Positions 20,802 through 31,900 of a DNA stretch of 64,000 nucleotides are shown here, piece after piece. Within the stretch, counting starts at the first letter, position 1. Every line of letters begins with the position of its first letter. Origin of the DNA: Bacteriovoracia bacterium. Its GTDB lineage: Bacteria > Bdellovibrionota > UBA1018 > JBFWNL01. A program made the translations under genes and the position numbers. Under the pieces are notes generated by a model, which saw only the letters and a list, made by a program, of their open reading frames with translations, was not told the DNA's origin and ran no database searches. The stretch spans positions 128,001-192,000 of the forward strand of contig JBFWNL010000002.1 of NCBI GenBank assembly GCA_050251055.1, written 5' to 3'.

Positions 20802-22401
20802 GGGCGGCTCCCGGCTTGAGCGGAAACTGCGCCGCAAAGCGCTCCGCGAGCGCGGAGATCGTAAGGCTTGGATTGACGCCCAAGTTCGCCGGCACCACAC
20901 TCCCGTCGCATACGTACAAACCGGGATGCCCGTAGACCTCTTGGCGTGGGCTCACCACGCCGTGGGCGGAATCTAAACCCATCCGGCAGCCGCCTAGGAT
21001 GTGCGCCGTCGCCGGGGTCCGTAACAAAACCTCGGAGAATGCGTTTTGGGGCTCGCCACCGATCTCGCGGGCGATTCGCTGAGCGGCGTCCTGGGCGACC
21101 GGAAAATAGCTGGGAATCGGCCGGCCGGAGTTTTCACCGCGTAGCTTTCCGCGTCGGAAGCGGAGTCGCAGGCTTTGATCGATGGACTGCATGACGAGTA
21201 GAATCGCGGTGGAGCGGGCCCAATCACGTACGAGCAATAATCGCAGAAGATTCGGGAATCGGGTGATGACTTTACCGAGCATCTTCAAAGGACGGCCGAT
21301 CGCCCCCCCGCCCGAAGTCAGCGGCACGGTGAGTAGCCGAAGCGCTCCGCTACCGGAAGGGTAGCGCACCATCTCCACCTTCGTATGTGAATCGAGCTGG
21401 ATGCTGGCACCGATGGCGAGACCTTTGGAGAAATCGCGATGCGCCTCGAAACTCGTCGCCCCCAGCAGACTCTCGCCGTTGGTGCGCACCGACTCGCCTA
21501 GACAGGGCGAAATTCCTGGCAAGGTCCGATACAGATCGCGATTTCGAAACAGGAGAGACGTTGTACCCAATACTCCCGCCGCCAAAACAACCCTGCGTGC
21601 GCGATAGACGCGACGGCGCGGGCGCCACCACGGCGCGGTCGAACTTTCGGCCTCGATCTCGTACTCACCCGAGGAAGGGGTGATGCGGGTCACGCGCGTC
21701 TCCGGTACTACTTCGGCGCCCCACTTTTCAGCGAAATAAAGGTAATTATAATCGAGGCTGTTCTTGGCGCCATGTCGGCAACCCACCATGCAGCCACCAC
21801 AAGCCAGGCACCCCGTACGACGAGGTCCCTGACCGCCAAAGTAAGGATCGTCGACTTCCACCCCGGGCTCTCGCTTCCCGCCCCTCCCGAAGAACACGCC
21901 TACGTCCGCTGGTTCAAAGCTTGCTCCCACGCCCAAGCCTTGGCCAAGTTTGCGGAGAAGTTCGTCCCCCTCGCTTAGGAGCGGGTTACGAACCACGCCC
22001 AGCATGCGCCGGGCGGACTCGAAATGAGGTGCCAGCTCCGCCTCCCAGTCCGGAAAATCGGGCGATATCGGCCACGCAGGGTCGCGAAAAATCTCGCGAC
22101 CGGGCTTCAGTAGGGTATTGGCGTAAACTAAGCTACCTCCCCCGACCCCCACCCCGTGCAAGAGCATCACCCCACGCAGCAGGGAAATTTTTTGAAATCC
22201 GAACCACCTTAAGGCAGGCAGCCAGAAATACTTTCGGGCGTGCCAATTCGTCTTGGGAAAATCATTGGCGCGAAAACGCTTACCCATCTCGAGTACCACC
22301 ACGCGATAGCCTTTTTGCGCGAGCCGCATCGCCGCGGTGCTGCCGCCGAAACCGCTGCCCACAATCAAGAAGTCAATTCGATCAGCTTCGCTTGAGCTCA
22401 T
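20788..22401 (-). CDS. GMC-family FAD oxidoreductase (cholesterol oxidase ChoD-like)
   Basis: IVGSGFGG, GVGGGSLVYANT, CxxCGGCMVGC, TAHILGGC, GVNPSLTISALAE. Confidence 0.9.
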   Translation of the reverse strand: MSSSEADRIDFLIVGSGFGGSTAAMRLAQKGYRVVVLEMGKRFRANDFPKTNWHARKYFWLPALRWFGFQKISLLRGVMLLHGVGVGGGSLVYANTLLKPGREIFRDPAWPISPDFPDWEAELAPHFESARRMLGVVRNPLLSEGDELLRKLGQGLGVGASFEPADVGVFFGRGGKREPGVEVDDPYFGGQGPRRTGCLACGGCMVGCRHGAKNSLDYNYLYFAEKWGAEVVPETRVTRITPSSGEYEIEAESSTAPWWRPRRRVYRARRVVLAAGVLGTTSLLFRNRDLYRTLPGISPCLGESVRTNGESLLGATSFEAHRDFSKGLAIGASIQLDSHTKVEMVRYPSGSGALRLLTVPLTSGGGAIGRPLKMLGKVITRFPNLLRLLLVRDWARSTAILLVMQSIDQSLRLRFRRGKLRGENSGRPIPSYFPVAQDAAQRIAREIGGEPQNAFSEVLLRTPATAHILGGCRMGLDSAHGVVSPRQEVYGHPGLYVCDGSVVPANLGVNPSLTISALAERFAAQFPLKPGAALKPL

Positions 22402-23236
22402 GCTTCAGTTCTTGGTGTACCATCGGGTCTTCCAAATAGACGTCGGTGAGTAATCGTCGGCGCCGAAAACGGGCGCGTACCTTGTGAAACGGGATGGCGA
22501 GCACAAGCACCGCTTTCGTGAGGGGGGAAAGCTCCGCCATGGGCCGGGGTGAGATTCCGAGAAGCTCCACCCGACGTTCGAACATGCGCACGGTGTGATC
22601 GTAGAACTCACTAAATTGCCGGAGCACCCCATGATCTTCACGTCCGGTCTTACGCAACGTACGCAGAACGAACCGCTTCAGGAAACGTAAGGCCACCGAT
22701 TGCAAAACCGCCTGGGCCAAAAGGAAGCTCCGATCGCCGGGATGCTGCTCCAGCCAAGCGCGCGTCTCACGCTCGCCAAATCGCACGTGGGATTCCTCTT
22801 CCGCGAGCGCCGAATCCAGAAGTTTCGAGATCTCGGGATGGGAAATGGTGTCGGCCAAGGCGTAAAATACCGTGAGGACCAACCCTTCGCCTAAGGCCAT
22901 CTCCAGCGCTACGTGCTCACCCCAGCTCCCACCCATCATGCCTGTGGAGAGAAAACGAATAGCGGGATGGGGCGCGGCGGGAGACTCCCCGAGCAGGTGG
23001 AGGATTCGCAAAATTTTGCGCACATGCGAGAGCTCCTCCCCCGCCTGCTTGGCGAGGAAGGTTGCCGCGTTCAAGTGCGGGGCCCGATACAACCAGTAAC
23101 CGCACTGAATACCGGTAACCTCGCCGTAGAGAAACTGGTTGAAGACCCACCCCAGAAACTGCCGATCGCGCGTGTCCGTTAAATCGTAGCGCGCGCCTTG
23201 GAAATTAAAACTCAGCTGTGAACGATCGATGAGCAT
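22382..23236 (-). CDS. Ferritin-like di-iron protein
   Basis: E...EELSH and E...EEESH carboxylate/His pattern in a helical protein; overlaps the GMC gene start. Confidence 0.75.
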   Translation of the reverse strand: MLIDRSQLSFNFQGARYDLTDTRDRQFLGWVFNQFLYGEVTGIQCGYWLYRAPHLNAATFLAKQAGEELSHVRKILRILHLLGESPAAPHPAIRFLSTGMMGGSWGEHVALEMALGEGLVLTVFYALADTISHPEISKLLDSALAEEESHVRFGERETRAWLEQHPGDRSFLLAQAVLQSVALRFLKRFVLRTLRKTGREDHGVLRQFSEFYDHTVRMFERRVELLGISPRPMAELSPLTKAVLVLAIPFHKVRARFRRRRLLTDVYLEDPMVHQELKHELKRS

Positions 23237-23300
23237 GCGAAACCTGGGATAGAGTGTAACCCGATTTGACCCCGATCGGGGGATGATTTAGGGTGGGTCG

Positions 23301-23969
23301 ATGCCCCCCACCCCGTCCGCGATCAACCAGGACTTGATCCGCTGCACGCGCTGCGCGCGACTGCGCCGGTATTGTGGGGAAATCGCGACCACGAAGAAGA
23401 AAGCCTATCAAACCGATACTTACTGGGGAAAACCCGTGCCCAGCTTCGGTGACCCGAAGGCTCGGCTATTGATCGTGGGGCTGGCCCCCGCCGCCCACGG
23501 CGCCAACCGCACGGGTCGGATGTTCACGGGTGACCGTTCCGGCGAGTGGCTGTATCGAGCCCTTCACAAGGCTGGCTTCGCCAACCAGCCACACTCTCCC
23601 GACCCCCGCGACGGGTTGACCCTCCAAGACTGTTACATCACCGCCGTGGTCCACTGCGCGCCCCCGGACAATCGGCCGTTGCCCACCGAAATCGCCGCCT
23701 GCAAGACCTACTTGGATCAAGAGCTTCAAGCCATGCCCCAGCTCCGGGCGATTCTCTGCCTCGGTCAAATCGCGCTGCAGGGCGCCTGGCCGCATATCGG
23801 TCAGGGGACCCGCCCCCGCTTTGGCCACGGGCAATCAGCGGATCTCCCCCGTGAACGCCGGCTCTTTTTGTCCTACCACCCCAGCCAACAAAATACGTTT
23901 ACGGGCAGGCTCACGGAGCCCATGTTCGATACGGTCTTTAAGCAAATTCGCGGTTTTTTAAAGACATAA
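23301..23969 (+). CDS. Uracil-DNA glycosylase, family 5 (UdgB-like)
   Basis: CxxC Fe-S ligands, GLAPAAHGANRTGRMFTGD, CAPPDN, YHPSQQN. Confidence 0.92.
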   Translation: MPPTPSAINQDLIRCTRCARLRRYCGEIATTKKKAYQTDTYWGKPVPSFGDPKARLLIVGLAPAAHGANRTGRMFTGDRSGEWLYRALHKAGFANQPHSPDPRDGLTLQDCYITAVVHCAPPDNRPLPTEIAACKTYLDQELQAMPQLRAILCLGQIALQGAWPHIGQGTRPRFGHGQSADLPRERRLFLSYHPSQQNTFTGRLTEPMFDTVFKQIRGFLKT

Positions 23970-24006
23970 CTTGGATTCGGCACGGTCGAGGGAGCGAGGA
24001 CTTACC

Positions 24007-26403
24007 TCATCTGCCCGAGGGTCCGCTCGGGATCAAGGCCTCCTGGGAAACCAGCCCGTCTTCCCAGGTGAAGCCCTTGCCGACTTCATCCGGATCCCCG
24101 CCGATCTTCTTGAAGAAGCTAAACAGCTCGAAAATTCGGCTCCGGTCGGCGCGGATATCCCAGCCTCCCGGGTGATTCTTCCACCACCAGAACTCCGCGT
24201 ACTGCCACAAATTATCCGGTGTGTAGCCCTTCGCGAGTAGGTAAGTGAACAAGCCTCGGTAGTCGACATCGTTCTTCAACTTCCCGCCCGGCAAATCCGC
24301 GATGGTTTGCCGATAGGTCGGAAACGCGGCCACCACTTCGCCCGTATCGAGCGCGCCGGAGCGGTCGGCGTCGAACCGGGTGAAAAGCGACTCGGTATAA
24401 TGCAATATCCCGGCTAACCCGTCGCTATCGGCCACGTCGATCGTACCGCGCTTCACGGACTGGGTCCGCAGGGCCGCCGCGATCAGATACCGCTTGAAAT
24501 TCGTCTTGGCCTCGGCGCTTAGCTCCCGATAATACTTTTGCAATCCCGGCATCCGCGCGGTGAACCGCTGGAGTTGGGAAAAGTAATACCCGGTGAAACA
24601 ACCGATTTGATATTGAGGCCGACCGAACATGGGTGGATCGAGCGGCTGGCAAACTGCACGCGCGCCGTCGTGAATGCGATCCGAGAGCCGTCGGATAGAA
24701 ACAAGATAGGAAATCAGCTCCGTGCACTCATTGAGGTCGATCGCATGATCTCCGTTGGCGTGATAAACGAAGAGATTTCCCTCACGGAAACGCAGGTTCG
24801 GCGCATCGCTATAACGTGGGTCGACCTGATTGAGTTCAATGCCCAACTCCCGGAAATCCGCGTAAAAGGTCTGGAACTCGGCCAAGCTTAAGCCCGGCGC
24901 GACGCCGGTCTTCATATCCCCATGGGCGTAACCCTGCGCTACGAAGCGGCAAGCCGCGTGAATCCAGTTCATCTGCGAAAGATTGTGGTACGAATGGCGA
25001 AGTCCCGCGGGATCATCCGAACTGAGCGTGATCTCGAGGTCATTGCCGTGAAAGAGCGGACGAAACTCCCGGATCAACGTGACTACATCTCCGCGATCAC
25101 CACGCTCCGCGCTTTCTCGCGTGCGCGCTTCTTCGGCCAAGAGCTCGCGGGAGGTGAAGGAAAGATCATCCCAAATCTCGTGCTTATCTGGCGTCTGAGA
25201 GCTCAACCGGCGAAACAAGGCCTCGAACCCGCCTTGCGTGCTTGCCCACTGCCGGAAGGCCACACGCGCGCGCTGAATGGCGCCCGCGCTAAAGCCCGGC
25301 GCTTGCCTACCCTGCGCATCGTCGCTCTCCCCGCCTAGTACGCGTTGAAAAAACGGTCGCAGGACAGATTTCAACATCGGCGTCGGCACGGACACCGGAA
25401 CGATCTTGAACTTTTCGTTGGCATCCAGCAAGCGTTCCAGCTCGCGGAATCCAATTACCGCTTCGGGGTGCCGGTGGATCGAGTTCTCAAGCGCGTCGAG
25501 TAAGAGTTCGGTCGCTTCCGTGAAGAGACGAAAACCGGGGCCGGAGAGCACTCTTTCTTCGCGCTCGAAGATAAAGCGCATGTGCAGCCACCATGCGTGG
25601 AGCTGGGTGCCCACCTTGAAGAGTTGGTTCCAGTCGCCTTGGCCCATACCCCGAATTTCCGGAGAAACGAAGATCGCCTTAAGCGCTTGCAGAAACTCGA
25701 ACTGCTCACGAATCCGACGCGGACCGATCCCGTCGCCGTCCTTTTCAAAGATGTACTCGAGCTCACGCAACAGCGCTTTGAAGTCTTCGAAGTCGTAGAA
25801 ATTGGATAACCGCTCAATTTCCGAGCCCAGGCGTCCGCCCGCCTGCATCACGTGCGACACCGCGGTCCGGAGCTGAACCTCGGAAAAGTCCGTCATTTTC
25901 CCGTAGATCAGGGGCATGTCGGGCAACAACAACAGGGCGTTCTCCCGAAGAATCTGCAGGAAGGCCCGGATCTTTTGGATTTCGTCGCGGGTAAAGGCCA
26001 CTTCCGTGCCGCCCACGAGCGCCCGCTTCAGCTTCATGAATTGTTCGAGCAGGCCGTTGGAAATCCGCTGACGACCCAGGAAGTATTTATGCAGGAAATC
26101 CTGAAGCTCCCGCGGCGTGTAGATTCCCGGCTTCTCGCCGCGCGTGTTGTCCAAAAAGAGCGCCAAGGCTTCCGTCGTGCAATCAAAGAGGTGGTTGACC
26201 TTCTGAGGCGACGAGCGGCCGTTGTAGTATTCGCGAATCTTCGCGTCGTAACCCTCGAGGCAGCCCGCTAAGGATTGGCCAATAGCCATGTTCGGTCCCT
26301 TGCCCGGGGCTTCCCGCAGGGCACAGGCGATCACGCCTCCGGTGGCCATGCCGATCCCGAGCAATCCGACCACGAGGGCGCGCATTCCCAGTTTAGAAAA
26401 CAT
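24007..26403 (-). CDS. Large helical lipoprotein-like hypothetical protein with EF-hand-like motifs
   Basis: Lipobox-like VIAC; DADRSGALDTGE and ANGDHAIDLNE loops; overlaps the upstream barrel gene. Confidence 0.7.
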   Translation of the reverse strand: MFSKLGMRALVVGLLGIGMATGGVIACALREAPGKGPNMAIGQSLAGCLEGYDAKIREYYNGRSSPQKVNHLFDCTTEALALFLDNTRGEKPGIYTPRELQDFLHKYFLGRQRISNGLLEQFMKLKRALVGGTEVAFTRDEIQKIRAFLQILRENALLLLPDMPLIYGKMTDFSEVQLRTAVSHVMQAGGRLGSEIERLSNFYDFEDFKALLRELEYIFEKDGDGIGPRRIREQFEFLQALKAIFVSPEIRGMGQGDWNQLFKVGTQLHAWWLHMRFIFEREERVLSGPGFRLFTEATELLLDALENSIHRHPEAVIGFRELERLLDANEKFKIVPVSVPTPMLKSVLRPFFQRVLGGESDDAQGRQAPGFSAGAIQRARVAFRQWASTQGGFEALFRRLSSQTPDKHEIWDDLSFTSRELLAEEARTRESAERGDRGDVVTLIREFRPLFHGNDLEITLSSDDPAGLRHSYHNLSQMNWIHAACRFVAQGYAHGDMKTGVAPGLSLAEFQTFYADFRELGIELNQVDPRYSDAPNLRFREGNLFVYHANGDHAIDLNECTELISYLVSIRRLSDRIHDGARAVCQPLDPPMFGRPQYQIGCFTGYYFSQLQRFTARMPGLQKYYRELSAEAKTNFKRYLIAAALRTQSVKRGTIDVADSDGLAGILHYTESLFTRFDADRSGALDTGEVVAAFPTYRQTIADLPGGKLKNDVDYRGLFTYLLAKGYTPDNLWQYAEFWWWKNHPGGWDIRADRSRIFELFSFFKKIGGDPDEVGKGFTWEDGLVSQEALIPSGPSGR

Positions 26404-27781
26404 AGCTCAACCCCCAGTACACCCGATCGTTCTGCCGATACTTCGCGATGTAGTTCGACTGGCCATCCCCCGAAAGCACGTCCGCGCCCAGATAGGCGCG
26501 CCAGTTGGTCGGCGTTTCATACACGAAACTTCCCGAAAGCTGTGACGTCGCCGTGGCCGGCTCGTAAAGACCGCGCCAGCGGAACCGTAGACGATCACCC
26601 AACACCCATGGCACCGGCGTTTCCACGACGCCCGACACCAAGTCGGTGAACGGATAGGCCTCGTCAAAGAGCGAGCGCCCCGAGAAGCTCAATGATGAGA
26701 GAAGATTGGCGGGCGCCAGATCCGTGGAAGGTTCCGCGAACTTATGCAGATAGCCTAACGCTACTTTGAGATGGCCGTTGCGCACGCGCATGAGTTTGAA
26801 ATCCGTGCCCAGACTAGCGAGCGTCGCGGGTGCGATACGCTGGTGGGCGAGCTCGGGATCGAGGTTTTCTTCGACCGGCTGATCTCGCGTGAGGGAAACC
26901 CATAGCTGTCCTTGAGCATGCAGTAACCCAGACTCCAACGTGGCGAGATGGTGGTAGGCAGCTCGCGGGTAAAGCGTTACGTCGGCACGGCCCCGATCCA
27001 GCCGCAACGGACGGGAATACGACAGGAGGATCGCGCTGCGCGGTTTATAACCATAAGACGCCCGCACCCACGCGCCGGTCTCCTCCCGTAGCGCGCCCTG
27101 CCCAGCTCCCCACGCGCCCGTCACTCCCACGCTGGGATTGAAGACGATTTGGCTAAGCGGGGGCAGCTGCAAGCGGTAGTCGACCGGAGTATCGACGCCT
27201 AAGATGGGCACCTGCGACGCCGGACAGGAGATCCATGCGTTCAACGAGGCGTTCGCGCAGCTGCCGTCGACGAATTCGAGCGACCCACCCTGCTCTGGAA
27301 AATACAAAGGGGAACCAAAGAGCGTGACCTCGCCCGTGTCCGATCGGTTGGTGAGAAAAAGCCCGCTGAGGCCGGTCTCCAGCGGTTCGAGATAATCCCA
27401 GCGGAAGCGCGGCTGCCAAGCACCGGCTCCCCAGAAGCGATCGGCCACACTCCAAGTTTCGAGCTTGCGACCAAAGCTCAGCTTGGTTTCACCCGACAAA
27501 AAAGACTTACTCAGATACGCTTCGCTCACGTACCAGTAGTACGCGCGCGGCTTGCCCACGTTGATGCCGCCCCCAAGGGCGAGCGTTCCTTGAAGAAAAC
27601 CCCCGGTGCTTTCGCCTCGCCAGTCCCCCACGAGCTGGGGAGTCAACGGCGCCGAAGCGTCAGAAAGATAATAATTGGAGCGCAGGCCCAGGCTGGCGGA
27701 ATTGCCCGCGGACGGGCCGCCGTCTTCGGCCTCCGCAAATAGGGAGACCAGCAGGCCCAAAACCACCATAAGCCGAGTCAT
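26393..27781 (-). CDS. Putative outer-membrane beta-barrel protein
   Basis: Signal peptide (AEA), alternating aromatic/hydrophobic strands, C-terminal YWGLSYVF beta-signal; ORF track starts at 27856. Confidence 0.72.
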   Translation of the reverse strand: MTRLMVVLGLLVSLFAEAEDGGPSAGNSASLGLRSNYYLSDASAPLTPQLVGDWRGESTGGFLQGTLALGGGINVGKPRAYYWYVSEAYLSKSFLSGETKLSFGRKLETWSVADRFWGAGAWQPRFRWDYLEPLETGLSGLFLTNRSDTGEVTLFGSPLYFPEQGGSLEFVDGSCANASLNAWISCPASQVPILGVDTPVDYRLQLPPLSQIVFNPSVGVTGAWGAGQGALREETGAWVRASYGYKPRSAILLSYSRPLRLDRGRADVTLYPRAAYHHLATLESGLLHAQGQLWVSLTRDQPVEENLDPELAHQRIAPATLASLGTDFKLMRVRNGHLKVALGYLHKFAEPSTDLAPANLLSSLSFSGRSLFDEAYPFTDLVSGVVETPVPWVLGDRLRFRWRGLYEPATATSQLSGSFVYETPTNWRAYLGADVLSGDGQSNYIAKYRQNDRVYWGLSYVF

Positions 27782-27961
27782 GCGACCCCAGCGGCGTGCC
27801 ACAACCATTTGATTAAAAAATTCCCTCTCTACCCTCAGGAAGCCCAAAAGCGGCAACCCTAACTTGACGCAGAGCTACCACGCTGAAGGCCCCATTGCAA
27901 TGCGGCGGGCGCGAATTATTCACAAATAATAACAAGATGTTAAACGCGAAAAACCGGGGAT

Positions 27962-28468
27962 TTACCGCCGTTTAAGGGACAGCCCAAGCTTAAATGTCGC
28001 TACGGGTTCATTTCCACTCAACCGAGGAACCGTCGCGATGACCTGAACTCCTTCGGTTACCCGCTCGCCGGTGCGGAGAGTTTCTTCCAGCATCCGGGAA
28101 ATGAGCTCTCCATCTTCGCAAGTGAAGTGCACTTCACCCTCTGCGCGTTTATGGAATTCGGCCTGGAAATCCTTGAACACGAGGGCGACTTTCTTCATGC
28201 CGCCGCGGCCGAATTTTTTCTGGATCTGCTCGACGGCGATCATCCCGCCGGCGCAGTCCGCGCCGATCGAGAGCGCGCCGAAATACATCGAGCCGAGATG
28301 ATTTTTCGTCATTCGGCGCAACGGAATCGAGACCACGCAGCGGCGTTCGTTCAGCTCGCGTACCCGCGGCGAACAAAGACCCAAAAGCGGAATCTTGGCG
28401 AACCCAATCGCACGCAAGACCACCGTCTGCTTGAAGGCTTGGCTAAATGGAGCGGAAAAGAGGCTCAA
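27962..28468 (-). CDS. Hot-dog fold thioesterase-like protein (PaaI/DUF4442)
   Basis: KNHLGSMYFGAL...D..GG and F.KRAEG.V.F.C motifs. Confidence 0.8.
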   Translation of the reverse strand: MSLFSAPFSQAFKQTVVLRAIGFAKIPLLGLCSPRVRELNERRCVVSIPLRRMTKNHLGSMYFGALSIGADCAGGMIAVEQIQKKFGRGGMKKVALVFKDFQAEFHKRAEGEVHFTCEDGELISRMLEETLRTGERVTEGVQVIATVPRLSGNEPVATFKLGLSLKRR

Positions 28469-28497
28469 AATCAGCGAAAAAACGAATCAACGTTAGT

Positions 28498-28761
28498 TTA
28501 GGCCGACGCCGCGCCGCCCGCCGAGTGGCGCTTACGATAAGCGACCTTCTTGTCGTTCGAACGCTTGGACTTGCCAGCGAAATAGGTCTTCGCGAATTCC
28601 TTGTCTTCGCGGATTTTCTTGGCGCGCTTATCGCGGGCCATCTTGCGCAGGGTCTTGCGCGAGTAGTTCGGCTTCGGCTTGGCCGGCGTCTTCGGCGTCT
28701 TCGGCTTGGCCGCCTTGGGAGCTTCCGCCGTGGTTTCTGGAGTAGTCGTATCTTCAGACAT
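28498..28761 (-). CDS. Small Lys/Arg-rich protein, possibly nucleic-acid binding
   Basis: 87 aa, GAGG RBS, PKxxK low-complexity segment, very basic C-terminal half. Confidence 0.7.
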   Translation of the reverse strand: MSEDTTTPETTAEAPKAAKPKTPKTPAKPKPNYSRKTLRKMARDKRAKKIREDKEFAKTYFAGKSKRSNDKKVAYRKRHSAGGAASA

Positions 28762-28864
28762 GCGTCGTTCTACCTCTTCACTAAGAATTTTCTAATAGAG
28801 GGGTATTACCGGGTACCCGACGGAAATGCACCAAAAAAACAAACAAAACAAGGCGTTAAGGTAT

Positions 28865-28893
28865 TTGCTATTTAATACGCGATGCGTTATAAG
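28865..28893 (+). promoter_or_regulatory. Candidate sigma70 promoter of the three-gene operon
   Basis: TTGCTA-17-TATAAG in an AT-rich intergenic region. Confidence 0.5.
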
Positions 28894-28956
28894 ATGACCG
28901 ACTTTTTTAGGAAAGTATCGAGACCGGCTAACTTATTGGAACAACAGGTGAGATGC

Positions 28957-31900
28957 GTGTTTAAAAAAGCCCTCTGTGCGATCCTGATCTTGGAAATGGG
29001 GTTTCTCTCCCCCGTTTTTCGCGCACATGCTGACGCGAGCGAAAATCCCTTTAACCCCATTCTCCAGAGCCACCCCGACGCCTTGATCCCGGGTCTCGAA
29101 CTCTTTACGGAAGCACGCACGCTTCTACGTCGGCAACAGCATCCCGGCTCGATTCCCACCTGGGGAGCCGCCAATAGCGTTCCCGAAGAATTTGAGGTCG
29201 AAGCATTCGAACTGCGGCTGCAGGCCTATCGCGCTCATGCGGAAAACTGGCTGGGTACGCACGCGGACGCACTTCCGCTCGAGGCCAAGGTCGAGCTCAT
29301 TAACCAATACTTCAACCTGCTTTCCACCGACGCGTCTCTGCGGCTCGCCCGCCAGGCGTCGGTGAATCCCGCGTGGAGCGAGCGCAACGGGCTAACCATT
29401 AGCCAAGCCCTCTATGCCGAACTCCCGAACTTAACCCGGGATAACGCCTCTCAACCCATTTCCGTGACCCGGGCGGGGGACGAAGTGCACCTGAGCTTGA
29501 GCGCACGGTACGTGCACCAGCTCAGTCTCGGCGCGCTTTCCCGCGACCCCACCGACGAAAACTACCTCACCTTGCTCCAAGCCCTAGCCACGAAGCAGCT
29601 TCAAGATAACCTCGCGGCGTTACACCTCGTACGCGACCCCGCGCTCCCGCCGGTGCGGGCCGAAGCCCCCCCTTCCTTGCGCCGGAAACTGCCAGCGCTA
29701 GAAGCGGACACCTTCGAGGCCGTCTTGGCCGAAGAGACCCGAAGCCGACGCGACCAGGCTTACCGGGCCGCTACGATCGAAGCGGTTTCCTCCCGTCTGG
29801 CCGACCTGCCGCTGCTGGTGACTGACGAATTCTTGGCCGACTTGGCCGAGCTGACGACCCAGGACCTCATCGACGAGCCTGGTCCGGGCGACGATTTGGC
29901 CACGAATTGGGGTAATTCCTTGCGGGAAGCACAGCGCTCTCGCTGGGCGGAACTCTTTGGGTTGGAAATTCAGGAAACCAACGAAGAGCTTGAAGCCGGG
30001 TCCGCGGGCGAGCGCGCGCAACGGCTCGCGGAGATCTTAAGTAACGCGGCGGCGAACGCCGTCCTTCAGAAAATTTTCGATATCGCTGAAAATTCCGAAG
30101 CCGGCTGGGAGATCAACGAAGAAAACCAAATGGCTCTGCTTCGCCTGGTGGAGAACCGACGCCGAGCCTATCAGCAAGCCCTCGGCGCCGAGCCCCGATT
30201 GGGCGCGGAACTTCTATCGACGATTCAAAGTAAGACCGATCACCGCACCGTGGGCACGACGGATCGGCAGGCGGAGTTCCTCCGCACCTTGCTGACCAAC
30301 GTCGAGAAACAATCCCAGTACCTCGAGGGCGTCCTCAAGGGCGAGAAGCTCGATTTGTATATTATGACCGAGGCGCTGGCCGCCCAAATCGAAATGCCTG
30401 GCCTGCCGCAGAACTGGATCGGCCGCATCTGGTACGCCTACGTCACGTCCGACGGCAACGACGCGATCTCGCCGCTCGTGCAGGATTGGATCGGCGAAAT
30501 CATCGCCAGCCCGACTTATGCCGCCGCTAAGCTTCGGTTTCATGATCTCGTCGCCAGCCTCGCCGGCCCCGCGGCGATTTTGAATCCCAAGACCCCGCAA
30601 GCCGCGCTCGACCTGACCTATTTGAATCGTTACCTGTCCACCCATGATTTCCGCCCCTCGGGGAACTGGGTCTTCGCTGATCCGGCTTGGGCCGAATCCC
30701 GCTACCTCACCGAAGAGCTCGCCAAGGCGGGCAAGAAAGACGTGGCCGACCTGATTAAGCTGGGCAAGCTATTCAAATTTGACCAGGCGCTGGCCGCGAC
30801 CGAACCCTCCGTGGCCGATGTTCTATCGGAAAGTCATCGGAAGAAATATTTCGAACATGCTGCCCAGTCGGTGCTGAACCGTTACCCGATCTTGACCGTG
30901 CCCGTGAATGTTTCCGGGCCAGGCGAGAAGCCGAAGCTACGCCCCCTGCACGTCATGCTCAAACGCCTTCTGAACGGAGCGGCGCCCGATCAGATGCGGG
31001 GCGAAGCCCGCGCGCTGGCGCAAGCCTACCTCGCGCAAGCGATCGAAACCACCGCCGCCAACGTACAGAGCGACATCCTAAAGATCGGAGAAGCCAAAAC
31101 GATTCAGGCGCTCGAACCTATCTTGACCCGCTCCACCTTTCTACAGCTCGTGCTTCGCGGATACCCCGAGTTCAACAAAGCCCAGCGCAGAATCTTAGAG
31201 GATTTATTCCATCCGTCGGTCTACGAGCAGCTGTCGCATCAGTACCTGACGGCCAACCTAGTGGGTCTAGGCGCAATGCTCCTGATTTGGGTCGGCCGGG
31301 TCGCCCTGGCCAAGCGAATCCCCGCGCTCTATAGCGTATTTCGCGTGCTTTCGGTGGGCACGGCGCCATATCAAAATCTACTGCTCAAATCGCTCTGGTT
31401 CTCACTGGTAGGCGATCTCATTGTTGCTTACCGACACCTGAAGAAAGAAGAAGAGGCCTTGGATCTCATGGAGGAGCTCTACCACTCCTCCGTGGCCGGA
31501 AGCCCCTTTTTCAATCTCGGTACCCTGAGCTCCGCGCAAGACACCTACGCTTCTTCGCGCCGCTTTTTTTACATGCAGGCTGCCTTCGGCGGCTTGATGC
31601 TCTACATTCCGATCTTTAAGGCGCGGGCGATTCTCAAAACTCGCGGGTTCATGGGCGACGTACGGGCGTTTCAAACCTTGAAAATCAGACCGGGCGAATG
31701 GCTAGAAATCCGAACCGCGCTCGAGCGGGTGGAAGCCGCCTCCGCCGCAGGCCTAGTTTCCAAGGCCGAACTCACGGCCGCCCAAGCCGCGTTCCGCCGA
31801 CTGGCCGGAAAGCTGAAATCTGGCCGAAACTGGAATTTGCGGGCTATGCGCGAGCACAAGCCCACCACCCCCGTCGACCGTTCACTGGTACGCGCCATTA

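Noticed and set aside
27786-27802. TGGCACG on the minus strand as a sigma54 promoter for the barrel gene
   Set aside because: The -12 element reads TGGG instead of TTGC
31655-31810. J-domain-like helical pattern at the C-terminus of operon gene 1 (AFQTLKI...EIRTAL...AAFRRL)
   Set aside because: No HPD motif; the similarity is too weak to claim without a profile search
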